This document shows positions 1 through 9,650 of a stretch of 32,000 nucleotides of DNA, piece by piece. The position numbers and the translations under genes were made by a program. Numbering within the stretch: the first letter of the stretch is position 1; each line of letters begins with the position of its first letter. The DNA lies in contig NZ_CP042905.2 in the NCBI RefSeq assembly GCF_008000775.2, positions 2,190,001 to 2,222,000 of the forward strand. The letters run 5' to 3'. The DNA comes from Promethearchaeum syntrophicum (GTDB taxonomy: Archaea; Asgardarchaeota; Lokiarchaeia; Sigyniarchaeales; Promethearchaeaceae). Below the pieces are notes generated by a model. That model had not been told where the DNA came from, ran no database searches, and saw nothing but the letters and a program-made list of their open reading frames with translations.

Positions 1-59
1 TTGGAGACGTTAAAAGAAAAATAACAAATTTTTTCTTTTCTAAAATTATTATAAAATCT

Positions 60-2141
60 ATGGTTAAAAAACGAAAATGGGTAATAACTAGTGCATGGCC
101 ATATGTGTCTGCCACCCCACACTTGGGAAACATGATAGGAAGTGTTCTTTCAGGTGATGTTTTTACGCGCTATCTTCGCTCTAAAGGTGATGAAGTATTA
201 TACGTATCCGGTAGCGATACTCATGGAACTCCCGTGATGGTAGCTGCCATAGAGGAAAAAACGACCCCAGAAAAACTTGCTCCGAAAAATCATGCTATAA
301 TTAAAGAATTATTTCAAAAATGGTTAATATCCTATGATAATTATACTCAAACTCATAATCCAACTCACATAAAGTTTATTCAAGACTTTTATAGACAAGT
401 TGAAAAAAATGGATTCGTAACTTCAAAGGAGGAAGAAATGTTCTATTGTGAGTATGATAAACTATTTTTACCTGATAGATACATAGAAGGAATATGTCCT
501 CACTGCAGTTCTGAATTTGCTAGAGGTGATCAATGTGATGCATGTGGTAAATTACTCGAACCAGAAGAATTAATTAATCCTCACTGTAAACAATGTAAGA
601 AATCACCAATTAAAAAAAAAACAAGACATTGGTATCTGGATTTTAGTAAAACCGAAGAAGAAATCCATAATTTTGTTGTCAATAATGAACACCTACCTCC
701 AAATGCTCGTTCAGCTTCATTAAATTTCTTGAAAGAAGGATTACCTACCCGTTCTATTACACGCGATTTAGATTGGGGGATTCCCGCTCCATTTGATGGT
801 GCAGAAGGAAAAACCATTTATGTTTGGTTTGAAGCTGTATTGGGTTATATATCAGCAGTAAAAGAATGGGCAGAGAAAATTAAGAAGGATCCTAAAAAGT
901 TCCAATATTTTTGGAACGATCCAAAGACTAGATCAGTTTATTTTATTGGAAAGGATAATATTATTTTTCATTTAATTATATTTCCCGGACTTTTAATTGC
1001 GTATAATAAAAATCTTCCAAAAAACGAACAATTCACAATGCCTTTCAATGTGAGTTCTACAGAATTTCTTAACTATGAAAATAATAAATTCTCTAAATCA
1101 AGAGGGGTAGGTATATGGATTGATGACGCACTAGAATTAGCTCCCATCGAATATTGGCGCTATTCTTTGTTGCGAAATCGCCCTGAAAAGCAGGATTCTA
1201 ATTTTCTGTGGTCCCAATTTGAAAAAGATATTCTCGAATTAAATGATATCATTGGAAATTTTATACACCGAACTCTTTCATTTATTCATAAGAATTATGA
1301 TAGCAAAGTACCTAATGCCCCTCCTGATGAACAAATTGATGAAGAGGACAAAAAACTAATAAAAACAATTAAATCTTCTTCAAAACGAGTTGGAGATTTG
1401 TTTGAACGTTTTAAAATAAAAGATGCTCTGAATGAAATCATATCAATATCACGTAAAGGAAATATTTACATTAACAACAAAGCCCCTTGGAAAATGATTA
1501 AAGAAAATAAAGAAAAAGCGGGTTATACCTTTTATTTTGCAATACAATTGGTTAGAACAATCGGAATATTACTTGAACCTTTCATTCCAAATATTTCCGA
1601 ACAAATTTTGAAGAATATTGGTAGTTCTGAAAAATTATCCAAAGGACTTTGGAATTCCGCATCAAAATTAAAAGTGCCTTCAAACCAGACAATCCCAAAA
1701 CCCAAACCATTATTTCAAAAAATTGATGTTAAAGAAATTCAAAAGAAATTAGCAAAAATGCATGGAAAATCTGAAGGAAATGAAAAAAATCTTACTGAAA
1801 AAGAAGAAATACCCGAGATTGATTATGAAGATTTTCAAAAGCTTAAATTTCGCATTGGGACTATTATAGAAGCAGAATTAGTTCCAGATACAAAAAATTT
1901 GATTAAATTAATAGTCGATACAGGTGAAACTGAAAAAAGAACAATAGTTGCAGGGATTGGGAAAAATTATTCACCCGATGAATTAATTGATACTCAAGTT
2001 GTTGTGTTAACAAATTTAAAGCCGAAAATAATTAAAAAGATTAAATCTAGAGGAATGATTTTGGCATGTGACTTAAAGAAGAAAGGAGCAGCACTTCTTA
2101 GACCCATTGATAATGTGAAGAACGGGACAATAATTAAATAA
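60..2141 (+). CDS. metG: Methionyl-tRNA synthetase with C-terminal EMAPII/Arc1p-like tRNA-binding OB domain
   Basis: N-terminal ITSAWPYVSATPHLGNMIGSVLSGDVFTRY and SGSDTHGTP; Zn-knuckle cysteines (CPHC..CDAC..CKQCKK); KFSKSRGVGIW (KMSKS equivalent); C-terminal FQKLKFRIGTIIEAELVPDTKNLIKLIVDTGE...VAGIG OB fold. Confidence 0.97.
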   Translation: MVKKRKWVITSAWPYVSATPHLGNMIGSVLSGDVFTRYLRSKGDEVLYVSGSDTHGTPVMVAAIEEKTTPEKLAPKNHAIIKELFQKWLISYDNYTQTHNPTHIKFIQDFYRQVEKNGFVTSKEEEMFYCEYDKLFLPDRYIEGICPHCSSEFARGDQCDACGKLLEPEELINPHCKQCKKSPIKKKTRHWYLDFSKTEEEIHNFVVNNEHLPPNARSASLNFLKEGLPTRSITRDLDWGIPAPFDGAEGKTIYVWFEAVLGYISAVKEWAEKIKKDPKKFQYFWNDPKTRSVYFIGKDNIIFHLIIFPGLLIAYNKNLPKNEQFTMPFNVSSTEFLNYENNKFSKSRGVGIWIDDALELAPIEYWRYSLLRNRPEKQDSNFLWSQFEKDILELNDIIGNFIHRTLSFIHKNYDSKVPNAPPDEQIDEEDKKLIKTIKSSSKRVGDLFERFKIKDALNEIISISRKGNIYINNKAPWKMIKENKEKAGYTFYFAIQLVRTIGILLEPFIPNISEQILKNIGSSEKLSKGLWNSASKLKVPSNQTIPKPKPLFQKIDVKEIQKKLAKMHGKSEGNEKNLTEKEEIPEIDYEDFQKLKFRIGTIIEAELVPDTKNLIKLIVDTGETEKRTIVAGIGKNYSPDELIDTQVVVLTNLKPKIIKKIKSRGMILACDLKKKGAALLRPIDNVKNGTIIK

Positions 2142-2242
2142 AATGAAATTTCATTCTTTCTATTATTTTTAATATCACTAAAGAATAAATACCTTTTTTA
2201 CCTTATTTTATATAGTTCTAGGCTATTAGGCGTAAATTTTCT

Positions 2243-3007
2243 ATGGTTCATTATAAAGATGAGATAAAATCTTCACCTTCCACACAAACTGAGCATGATT
2301 CTTCAGATTATAATGAGAATAACATTGTTATGCCTGAATTTACAATTGATGAAGATGGAATTCCTTACTGCATTAAGCAAACTGGTTATCAAAAAATTAT
2401 TGGATTAAAAAAGCAATATCCTCGAGAATTTGAAAAGATGCTTAATTGCAAACATTGTGACCATTATAAAAGGGACGATTGTTATTTTCCAAGAAGTGAA
2501 ATTGATAAAATTGAAGCAGATCGCCTAAAACAAAATATTAAGTGTAAGCTTTGTGGAATGAAAATAGACAGGCCTTTCTCAATTATGATGTCTGAGTTAT
2601 ATAAAGACCAACATGATGTTAATTTACCGGTTATTTGCTGCACATGTTATGCTGGACTTGAACACGGCACCTTTGAATCGACTTCTAAACGCCGGATGAT
2701 ACTCTTTTTTATTAGTTTGGCAACATCAATTTACTTTCTTTTCATGTATATTAGCCAGATATTCTCTTTTAATTGGTACTCTATCCTCGTCGTACTTGTT
2801 CCGTTTGCATTTTGGGGTTATATCTCTTTTCGTGACCTTAAAAGTATCTACTATTTACAAAAAGGAAGAAAATATTATAAAACATTAATGAATGCGCAAA
2901 CAAGGGAAAAATCTAAGGAAGAGAAATATAAAGAAAAATACGCAGATGAAGACGATAAGAAAAAACCCCCAGAAGGCGCTTTTTATTCTCCTGGTTATGA
3001 GTATTAA
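2243..3007 (+). CDS. Hypothetical protein with Cys-rich zinc-binding region and two predicted transmembrane helices
   Basis: CKHCDHYKRDDCYF, CKLCGM and CCTC motifs followed by two hydrophobic segments; charged C-terminus. Confidence 0.75.
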   Translation: MVHYKDEIKSSPSTQTEHDSSDYNENNIVMPEFTIDEDGIPYCIKQTGYQKIIGLKKQYPREFEKMLNCKHCDHYKRDDCYFPRSEIDKIEADRLKQNIKCKLCGMKIDRPFSIMMSELYKDQHDVNLPVICCTCYAGLEHGTFESTSKRRMILFFISLATSIYFLFMYISQIFSFNWYSILVVLVPFAFWGYISFRDLKSIYYLQKGRKYYKTLMNAQTREKSKEEKYKEKYADEDDKKKPPEGAFYSPGYEY

Positions 3008-3019
3008 TTTATTTATTTT

Positions 3020-3331
3020 CTAGTAATCTCGTATTTGCTCTAATAATGAAAGAATTTGATAAATTGCAGTTCTGGTATGAGCGGGGCAATTTAAATCTTG
3101 AATTATGTCTTCTAATAATGAAACAGATGTACTTGCAACTATCGCAGGGGAATTTTCTTTATCATCTAATTTCTCTAATGTGTCGATTGATTCTTGTCCG
3201 ATTTTACGAATATTTCTTGGAACTCCAAGATCAGCGCAAATTCGAGATAATAAATTTTTAACTTCGTCAAGAATTTGTTCTACTTCTACTCTTCTTTCTT
3301 CTTTTATCTGTGCTTTGGTTTTTCTGGCCAT
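3020..3331 (-). CDS. UPF0147 family protein
   Basis: Small helical archaeal protein; VKNLLSRICADLGVPRNIRKIGQESIDTL...SPAIVASTSVSLLEDIIQDLNCPAHTRTAIYQILSLLEQI matches my recollection of the UPF0147 family pattern. Confidence 0.85.
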   Translation of the reverse strand: MARKTKAQIKEERRVEVEQILDEVKNLLSRICADLGVPRNIRKIGQESIDTLEKLDDKENSPAIVASTSVSLLEDIIQDLNCPAHTRTAIYQILSLLEQIRDY

Positions 3332-3501
3332 TTTAATAACCTCTTTAGCGATTGAACTTTTGATTCTTAAATATTTTATAATTTTCTTGTGAAAAATAAG
3401 ATAAAATTAAAGCAATAACTTAAGTAAAAAAGTAAGTACTTTCTAAAAAAATTTTCCATATTATTTTCTGTTTACTTGATAAAATTGATTTTTTTGTTTT
3501 T

Positions 3502-5349
3502 TTAAATCACAGTTGAACCATTTAATAAGCGATCATGAGGGATTTTTCCATCTTTCCATACTTTATATAACTCTTGAACCATATAATAAACAATTTTGGG
3601 ATTTCTGTGCATATCAACTATACCAGTATTATTATACTCCTTAGGATGTTCGAAAAATCCACTCTTTGGTGAACATCTATAATCTTGAAATGTTGATATG
3701 AATGCACCGCCGATAAAATCTCTTTTAATTATTGCATTAATATATGTTTGTAGGAAAATATATTGATAATTTTCACTCCAACGAGCAAATTCAAATGATT
3801 TAAATCCAGAGATTGCACCACACCCGAATTCAGAAATGACAAAGGGTTTCATTTTATATTTTGGATTTTCTTTAATATCTTTCCAAATATTATCAAATTT
3901 TCCTGCAATCTCACTTAATTTCGCATTATATTCACTTTTCCTTCCCATATATATATTAATGCAGAGGAAATCAACTAAATCTACCGTTAAATCTCTTTTT
4001 ATGTTAAAGGGAACAAGAGTATGAAAACGAAACGGATCTAACTCGCGCGAAATCTCTAATAAAGTTTGCATAAAATCGCGACCTTCTGGTATTGATGTAT
4101 CACAATCGCTTGAAATACTCCAAGCAATAACAGAACAATGATTTTTGTCCCTATGTATCATCTCCCATATCTGTTGTTGCGCATTTACTAAATAATTTGA
4201 ATTATATTGCTCTTTTCCTAGTTTTCTTATCGGGGCTTCTTCAAAAACCAAAAATCCCATCTCATCTGCCAAAGAAAGTAAAGATTCATATGGGGGATAG
4301 TGTGAAGTCCGAATACAATTAATATGAGCTTCTTTCATTATGTTTAAATCGTTATAAATCAACCGAGGATTCATTGATGAGCCAACATCTGGATGATCTT
4401 CATGTCTATTTATACCACGTAAATGTATCTTGAGATTGTTTAGATAAAAATCATTTCCTATAATTTTTATGTCTCTAATTCCCCATTTTATCACTTCTCT
4501 GTCAATTTCACGCCGGTTCTTGTCTAACAATTGAAATGTAAGAGTATGCAAATGAGGATCATCAGGTGACCATAAATGTGGGCTTTTTAAAGGAAATTCT
4601 AAGTCGAAAAATCCGTTTCCAATTTCCGAGAGGCTAAATGGAATTTCTGTATGTTCCAATTCGACACCGTTTTTTAGTGTAAGTACGACATATCCTTCGA
4701 ATTTTGGTCTATTTGGGTTAAAATTTCTAATGTTAGCGCGAACTTTTAATATTGTTTTACAATCTTTGCAACCTTCCCCTATAGGATTAGGGAATTCAAT
4801 TTTGTTTGATATTTTGATATCATAAAAACACACTTGTGATGTAAGTTTTAAATAAACAGGCCGATATATGCCTCCATAATTCATCCAATCTACAGGATAA
4901 AACCAAGGCAATCGATTTTCCATGTATCTATTATCAACTTGGATAATTAACTGGTTATCTGTTCCAAATTTAACGAATTTGTTAATTTCAAACCAAAATT
5001 TAGTATAACCACCTTCATGTGTTCCTACTTTTTTTCCGTTTAACCAAACCGTTGTTTTATAATTTGATCCGTTAAACCCCAATGTAACCTTCTTTTCCCC
5101 TGCAGACCATGCGAGAGGTAGGTAGAAATGATTTTCATACCAGCCGGTTCCCCAATGATTAAAATTTCTTCGATTCTGATAATAAGACCATGTTGATGGA
5201 ACGTAAACCTTTAGAAGTTTTTCATTTGGGATGCCCGTCTCGAACCATTTTTCGGTAATACCGGGGTCTTCAAATTTGTCGTTTTGTTTTAAACTAAAAC
5301 AAAATTTCCAAAACGAGTCTGATAACAAAATTCTTCGGAGATCAACCAT
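3502..5349 (-). CDS. Glycoside hydrolase family 2-like protein (beta-glucuronidase/galactosidase-like), altered acid/base site
   Basis: GINRHEDHPDVG, NCIRTSHYPPYESLLSLADEMGFLVFEEAP, FVISEFGCGAI and a jelly-roll N-terminal domain. The canonical W-S-x-G-N-E reads WSISSD. Confidence 0.92.
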   Translation of the reverse strand: MVDLRRILLSDSFWKFCFSLKQNDKFEDPGITEKWFETGIPNEKLLKVYVPSTWSYYQNRRNFNHWGTGWYENHFYLPLAWSAGEKKVTLGFNGSNYKTTVWLNGKKVGTHEGGYTKFWFEINKFVKFGTDNQLIIQVDNRYMENRLPWFYPVDWMNYGGIYRPVYLKLTSQVCFYDIKISNKIEFPNPIGEGCKDCKTILKVRANIRNFNPNRPKFEGYVVLTLKNGVELEHTEIPFSLSEIGNGFFDLEFPLKSPHLWSPDDPHLHTLTFQLLDKNRREIDREVIKWGIRDIKIIGNDFYLNNLKIHLRGINRHEDHPDVGSSMNPRLIYNDLNIMKEAHINCIRTSHYPPYESLLSLADEMGFLVFEEAPIRKLGKEQYNSNYLVNAQQQIWEMIHRDKNHCSVIAWSISSDCDTSIPEGRDFMQTLLEISRELDPFRFHTLVPFNIKRDLTVDLVDFLCINIYMGRKSEYNAKLSEIAGKFDNIWKDIKENPKYKMKPFVISEFGCGAISGFKSFEFARWSENYQYIFLQTYINAIIKRDFIGGAFISTFQDYRCSPKSGFFEHPKEYNNTGIVDMHRNPKIVYYMVQELYKVWKDGKIPHDRLLNGSTVI

Positions 5350-5415
5350 TGATCATATTTATTCGCAATCCCTAAAAAAAGTTCAGAAATGGATGTAGCG
5401 ATAAAATCCGACAAT

Positions 5416-5934
5416 TTATGCGTCTGGAAAATAATCTTCCATTATATCCGCAAGAACTTCAACTATTAATTGATCACCGTATTTTAGTGTCAATTTTCTA
5501 ATAACATCACCCAATTTTAAACGGAGTTTATTTTTTACGCTTTCTTCGATTTCGGGGAATTTTTCTTTACATTCAAAATATTCCAAAGTATCTTTTTGGC
5601 TAATAATCTCACCATAAATTCCCTTGTTGTTATTGTGAATTATGAAAAATCCGTGAAAAGTTGCCTCTTGTTTGGTACCTTTTATAAAAACACTTTTTTG
5701 TTCGATAATTTCTCCTTCAAGGAAATCTGATTTTTTAAAACACACTTGATCGTCAATTGTATAAGATTTTAAGAAGACCCTTTCAAATAATGATTTCCTT
5801 CCTTTCTTTATTTTGGCAAAGAAATTTCGAGATTTTTTTCCATATTCCCAATTAAGTGGGCGATAATATTCTCCGTAAAGATTTTCTAATAGTTGGGTGG
5901 TTTTTACTGCTTCTGCGGTTGCCATTGAACTCAC
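5416..5934 (-). CDS. Hypothetical protein
   Basis: 172-aa uninterrupted ORF with ordinary composition, between and co-oriented with the GH2-like gene. Confidence 0.6.
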   Translation of the reverse strand: MSSMATAEAVKTTQLLENLYGEYYRPLNWEYGKKSRNFFAKIKKGRKSLFERVFLKSYTIDDQVCFKKSDFLEGEIIEQKSVFIKGTKQEATFHGFFIIHNNNKGIYGEIISQKDTLEYFECKEKFPEIEESVKNKLRLKLGDVIRKLTLKYGDQLIVEVLADIMEDYFPDA

Positions 5935-6035
5935 GATTGATTTTGAATAGTTAATATATGAAAGATATTTTTAGCATTTTTTAATAAGGGTAGGATGGTG
6001 ATTTATTTAAAACAATAAAATTCTTATCAAAAACT

Positions 6036-8831
6036 ATGGTGAACTGGGAAAAACGCAAATTACCCGAAAAAAGCAAATTAATATTATTAAAATCTTCAAA
6101 AAAAATAAAAAAAATAAGCAAAATATCATCCATCTCATTAAATCCTGATGATAGTCCTCAATTAAAAATTACTGCTATAGGAAATTCATTTATAAATCCT
6201 ACTCATTTATGGAAGAACTCCGATATTCTTGATAAAATCATCGAACCAACATTTGCACGCGCAGTTCATCAAATTCAGTCTCTGAAATTTCCAAATTTTG
6301 TCTTTTCAATTAATTCTGTTTTATATTTTGAAATGATTTATGAAGCCTATCCAGAATTATTCAACCATATTCAAAATTGCGTAGATCAAAAAACATGGGA
6401 ACTTATTGGGGGTGAATGGATTGAAATAAATTTAAATTTGCCGAATGGTGAAAGTATAATTCGACAAAGATTAATGGGGCAACGTTTTTATGCTAAAAAT
6501 TTTTATCAAATTGCAAAAATATCATGGATTAATAATACTTTCTCGGTTAAAAATTCATTACCGCAAATTTTAAAGAAAAGTGGTTCAGATTTTCTATATT
6601 TAAATAATCCCTTCTTAGATCTCAATTCGAATAATTTTCCATTTTTGCACTTTATTTGGGAGTCCCCTGATAGAAGCCAAATTTTGACAACTTGCTCTAA
6701 AAGAACAGGTAAATTAAATGAAATTTTATCTCGATTGTCCAATGATATAATTCCTTTACTTTTAAAGCCATATGGGGGAGAAGATAAGGAGTTAGGAGTG
6801 GATCCTATGAAAATTGTAGAAAAAATGGTTTGGGAAGATTTAGGATATATTCATAATCAGTCCATCTCCAAGTTTTTTTCACAGTTAATGAATAATAAAG
6901 AAAAGTTACCATCATGGCCAGATAATATTTCCTTTAATAATTTAAGAAATTCCCTCACATCAGTTGGAAATGTTAAAGAAAACAATCATACAGCGGAAAT
7001 CATAATGTTTCAAGCAGAAATTTTATCAGTTTTATCCGGATTATTGGGTGGTTCTCATTTTCAAGATGAATTTAGTTCAGATTGGAAAAGGATTTTACTT
7101 TTTCAAGCAGTTAAAACTATTGAGGGAAGGTCTATTTGTGAAGTATATCGGGATGCTGCTGATGAATACAATTCAATTTTCCATCATATTGCAAGCTCTC
7201 AAGAAAATTCCTTAATGACTATTGCGCATTCTTTAAAGTATACCTTAAAACATGATTTTTACTCAATTTTCAATCCAACTTGTTGGAAAAGAGGAGGTTA
7301 TATAACAGTTCTGCGTTCAAATTTCAATCATGCATTCGATCAAGATAGTGCACCTCTTTTAGTTCAAGAAGTTGCATTTTCTCCTTATGTTGACAATAGG
7401 GAGGTTCATTTAGGATTAAATTCGGTCCCTGGAACTAATTATTTAAAAGTATATAATAAATTAGCTAATGATTTAGCCGAAATCAATATAGAAATTCAAA
7501 AACAAGATGAACCTGTAACTTTACGTAGTTATGAAGAGAGATCTAAAAATAAATTATTAGTTTACATCCCTCCCAATTCAAAAATTGGATCTTTTGGAAT
7601 TGGAACCATATCATTTCTAAAATCTCCTCCTAAACCACAAAATTTTGCATCAAGACTCAAAGAAACAGAAGAGTTTTATATATTTTCAAATATGCATTAT
7701 CAAGTCAAAGTATCAAAGTTGAATGGAAAAATTATGCATGTGAGTAGAGACAGCCATTCTTCAAATAATATAAACAAAGAAGGAATTGGTTATAAAATCT
7801 ATCATGATGAAGATTCTAAAAATACTCCATTACTCTTTCCTGAATTAGAAGATATCAGTATTGAAGAATCAGGACCCATAAGATATACCTTACTTGTTAA
7901 ATATAATCCTACTAGAAATAAATCGACTATTCATACTCGTTATTGTTTCTATCATGAATCTCCAATAATTTATGGTGAAACACTTGTCGATTGGTCAGAA
8001 AAGTTAAAAATTCTTACTCTTAACTTAGGAACAAAATTTCAAACTTCAAATATATCATTAGGTAGCCAGTATTATGTTGATAAAATAGATATCGAGACAA
8101 AAATTTCAAAAGAAATAGAGAGAAAAGAAAGAAAGAATATTTCTTTTCAACAATTTGCTTCTTGGGAGAATGAAAATAAAATTCTTGGAGATTTTATCGG
8201 TTTAGCAGTTTATTCTCAAACAAAATACTGTTTAGCTCTTCAAAATGGAAATAAAGAATTAACATTATTAAATTCAACTAAACTACCGAAACCAGATAAG
8301 TCTTTGACTATATTAGATGATGATTTTGAATATCGCACTAAATTCAATGATCAAGGATTTCATAGAATCCCTTGGGCAATTGAATTTTATTTAGAATCCA
8401 AAGATAAAATTGATATTTTAAAAACTGCAATAGAATATAATGTTCCCATGATTTTAGCCCCTACTAATGCAGTACATAAACCAATTTCATTTTTTCAGAT
8501 AAACCAAACCAATGTACTTATCACTACGATAAAGGAAATAGAAGAATTTATGCGCGATGCGCCTGACTGGTTTTATAACCCTAGTATGGCTGAACTTGCA
8601 TTTATTATACGATGCGTTGAGTATGGTGGAAAACAAACGAATTGTGAGATAATTGTAAGTAAAAAATTAAATGTGAAAAAGGCATTTGAAGTAGATCTTT
8701 TAGAACGGATTGAAAACAATGGAATTACAACCTCAGATGTTGAATTTACTGAGGGAAAAATAAAATTTTCTATAAATCCTTATGAAATTAAGTCAATTCT
8801 TGTAATCGGAAGAATTCCGCTAGAAGAATAG
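6036..8831 (+). CDS. Glycoside hydrolase family 38-like (alpha-mannosidase-like) protein, predicted catalytically inactive
   Basis: Family layout retained: GNSFINPTHLW (for HSHIDxAWLW), GGEWIEINLNLPNGESIIRQRLMGQRFY, NSLPQILKKSGSDFLY, GRSICEVYRDAADEYNSIF; catalytic residues substituted. Confidence 0.85.
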   Translation: MVNWEKRKLPEKSKLILLKSSKKIKKISKISSISLNPDDSPQLKITAIGNSFINPTHLWKNSDILDKIIEPTFARAVHQIQSLKFPNFVFSINSVLYFEMIYEAYPELFNHIQNCVDQKTWELIGGEWIEINLNLPNGESIIRQRLMGQRFYAKNFYQIAKISWINNTFSVKNSLPQILKKSGSDFLYLNNPFLDLNSNNFPFLHFIWESPDRSQILTTCSKRTGKLNEILSRLSNDIIPLLLKPYGGEDKELGVDPMKIVEKMVWEDLGYIHNQSISKFFSQLMNNKEKLPSWPDNISFNNLRNSLTSVGNVKENNHTAEIIMFQAEILSVLSGLLGGSHFQDEFSSDWKRILLFQAVKTIEGRSICEVYRDAADEYNSIFHHIASSQENSLMTIAHSLKYTLKHDFYSIFNPTCWKRGGYITVLRSNFNHAFDQDSAPLLVQEVAFSPYVDNREVHLGLNSVPGTNYLKVYNKLANDLAEINIEIQKQDEPVTLRSYEERSKNKLLVYIPPNSKIGSFGIGTISFLKSPPKPQNFASRLKETEEFYIFSNMHYQVKVSKLNGKIMHVSRDSHSSNNINKEGIGYKIYHDEDSKNTPLLFPELEDISIEESGPIRYTLLVKYNPTRNKSTIHTRYCFYHESPIIYGETLVDWSEKLKILTLNLGTKFQTSNISLGSQYYVDKIDIETKISKEIERKERKNISFQQFASWENENKILGDFIGLAVYSQTKYCLALQNGNKELTLLNSTKLPKPDKSLTILDDDFEYRTKFNDQGFHRIPWAIEFYLESKDKIDILKTAIEYNVPMILAPTNAVHKPISFFQINQTNVLITTIKEIEEFMRDAPDWFYNPSMAELAFIIRCVEYGGKQTNCEIIVSKKLNVKKAFEVDLLERIENNGITTSDVEFTEGKIKFSINPYEIKSILVIGRIPLEE

Positions 8832-9350
8832 AAATTTTTTTCTTTTCTTTTTTGGTAAAGTTAAACTATACTTCGTTTTAATTCCTAATCTTTCATTCAA
8901 CCAAGTTTGAAGCAAGGGTGCTTGAGAATCTACCATTACAATTCCGGTATCTTCGATAGGGTGCTTAATATTCAGTTTTGATAAATGTTTTTTAATTACA
9001 TCTCCAATTTCTGGACGCATTTTTAAAAATTGAATTATTGCTCCTTCTCCCATCTGATTATGAGGATGAAATGATATGAATCCTGTGAAAATTTTCTTTT
9101 CTGGAAAAATATTAATCTGATATTCCTTTAAATGTTGTAATCCTGCTTCAAAAATGATTTTATGATGTATTTTTTTCCGAAGCCAACCTTTCTTTTCTAG
9201 AAACTCTCCAACAACTATCGCCCTTCTTTCAGTTAAGAAAAATGTGGCGGGAAATCCTTTCATATAAGCAAAAGCTTCTTGATTTTGGACTTTTGTCCCC
9301 CATACTACATTAATGTAAGAACGAAATTGAACTATCACTGAACTTTTCAT
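8820..9350 (-). CDS. Hypothetical protein
   Basis: 176-aa ORF converging with the GH38-like gene (12-nt tail overlap). Confidence 0.6.
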   Translation of the reverse strand: MKSSVIVQFRSYINVVWGTKVQNQEAFAYMKGFPATFFLTERRAIVVGEFLEKKGWLRKKIHHKIIFEAGLQHLKEYQINIFPEKKIFTGFISFHPHNQMGEGAIIQFLKMRPEIGDVIKKHLSKLNIKHPIEDTGIVMVDSQAPLLQTWLNERLGIKTKYSLTLPKKKRKKFLFF

Positions 9351-9371
9351 TTCAAGAAAAAAAATAGAATA

Positions 9372-9650
9372 TTACAATTTAATTTTTCGTTCTGGGTATT
9401 TTACAGCTAGAAAAATTCCTACCAATAAGAAAATTCCCGCTACTACAAAATAGACCCAAAGTAATTCAGTTTCTGGACCGGGAAAAATATTAACTGCTGC
9501 TCCTAAGATATTTTTTAAAAATATACCTAAAGGTAATACAAATGCTAAGATTATTCCCATGCTCCACAAAATTACAGGAAGGATTTTTTCAACAACGCCT
9601 AAGATTTGCGAAAAAACATTTTGAATATCTTGTAAAATCATAGAAATCAC
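9372..9650 (-). CDS. Small membrane protein
   Basis: Two hydrophobic segments; 4-nt stop/start overlap with the next gene (9647). Confidence 0.55.
   Translation of the reverse strand: MISMILQDIQNVFSQILGVVEKILPVILWSMGIILAFVLPLGIFLKNILGAAVNIFPGPETELLWVYFVVAGIFLLVGIFLAVKYPERKIKL

Noticed and set aside
581-817. 78-aa minus-strand ORF inside metG
   Set aside because: Antisense to a highly confident gene; composition is that of shadow coding.
3046-3392. Plus-strand ORFs 3046..3261 and 3105..3392 opposite the UPF0147 gene
   Set aside because: 3046..3261 is antisense to a recognisable conserved family. For 3105..3392 the protein pattern (SSNNETDVLATIAGEF...) is only the mirror of the UPF0147 coding region.
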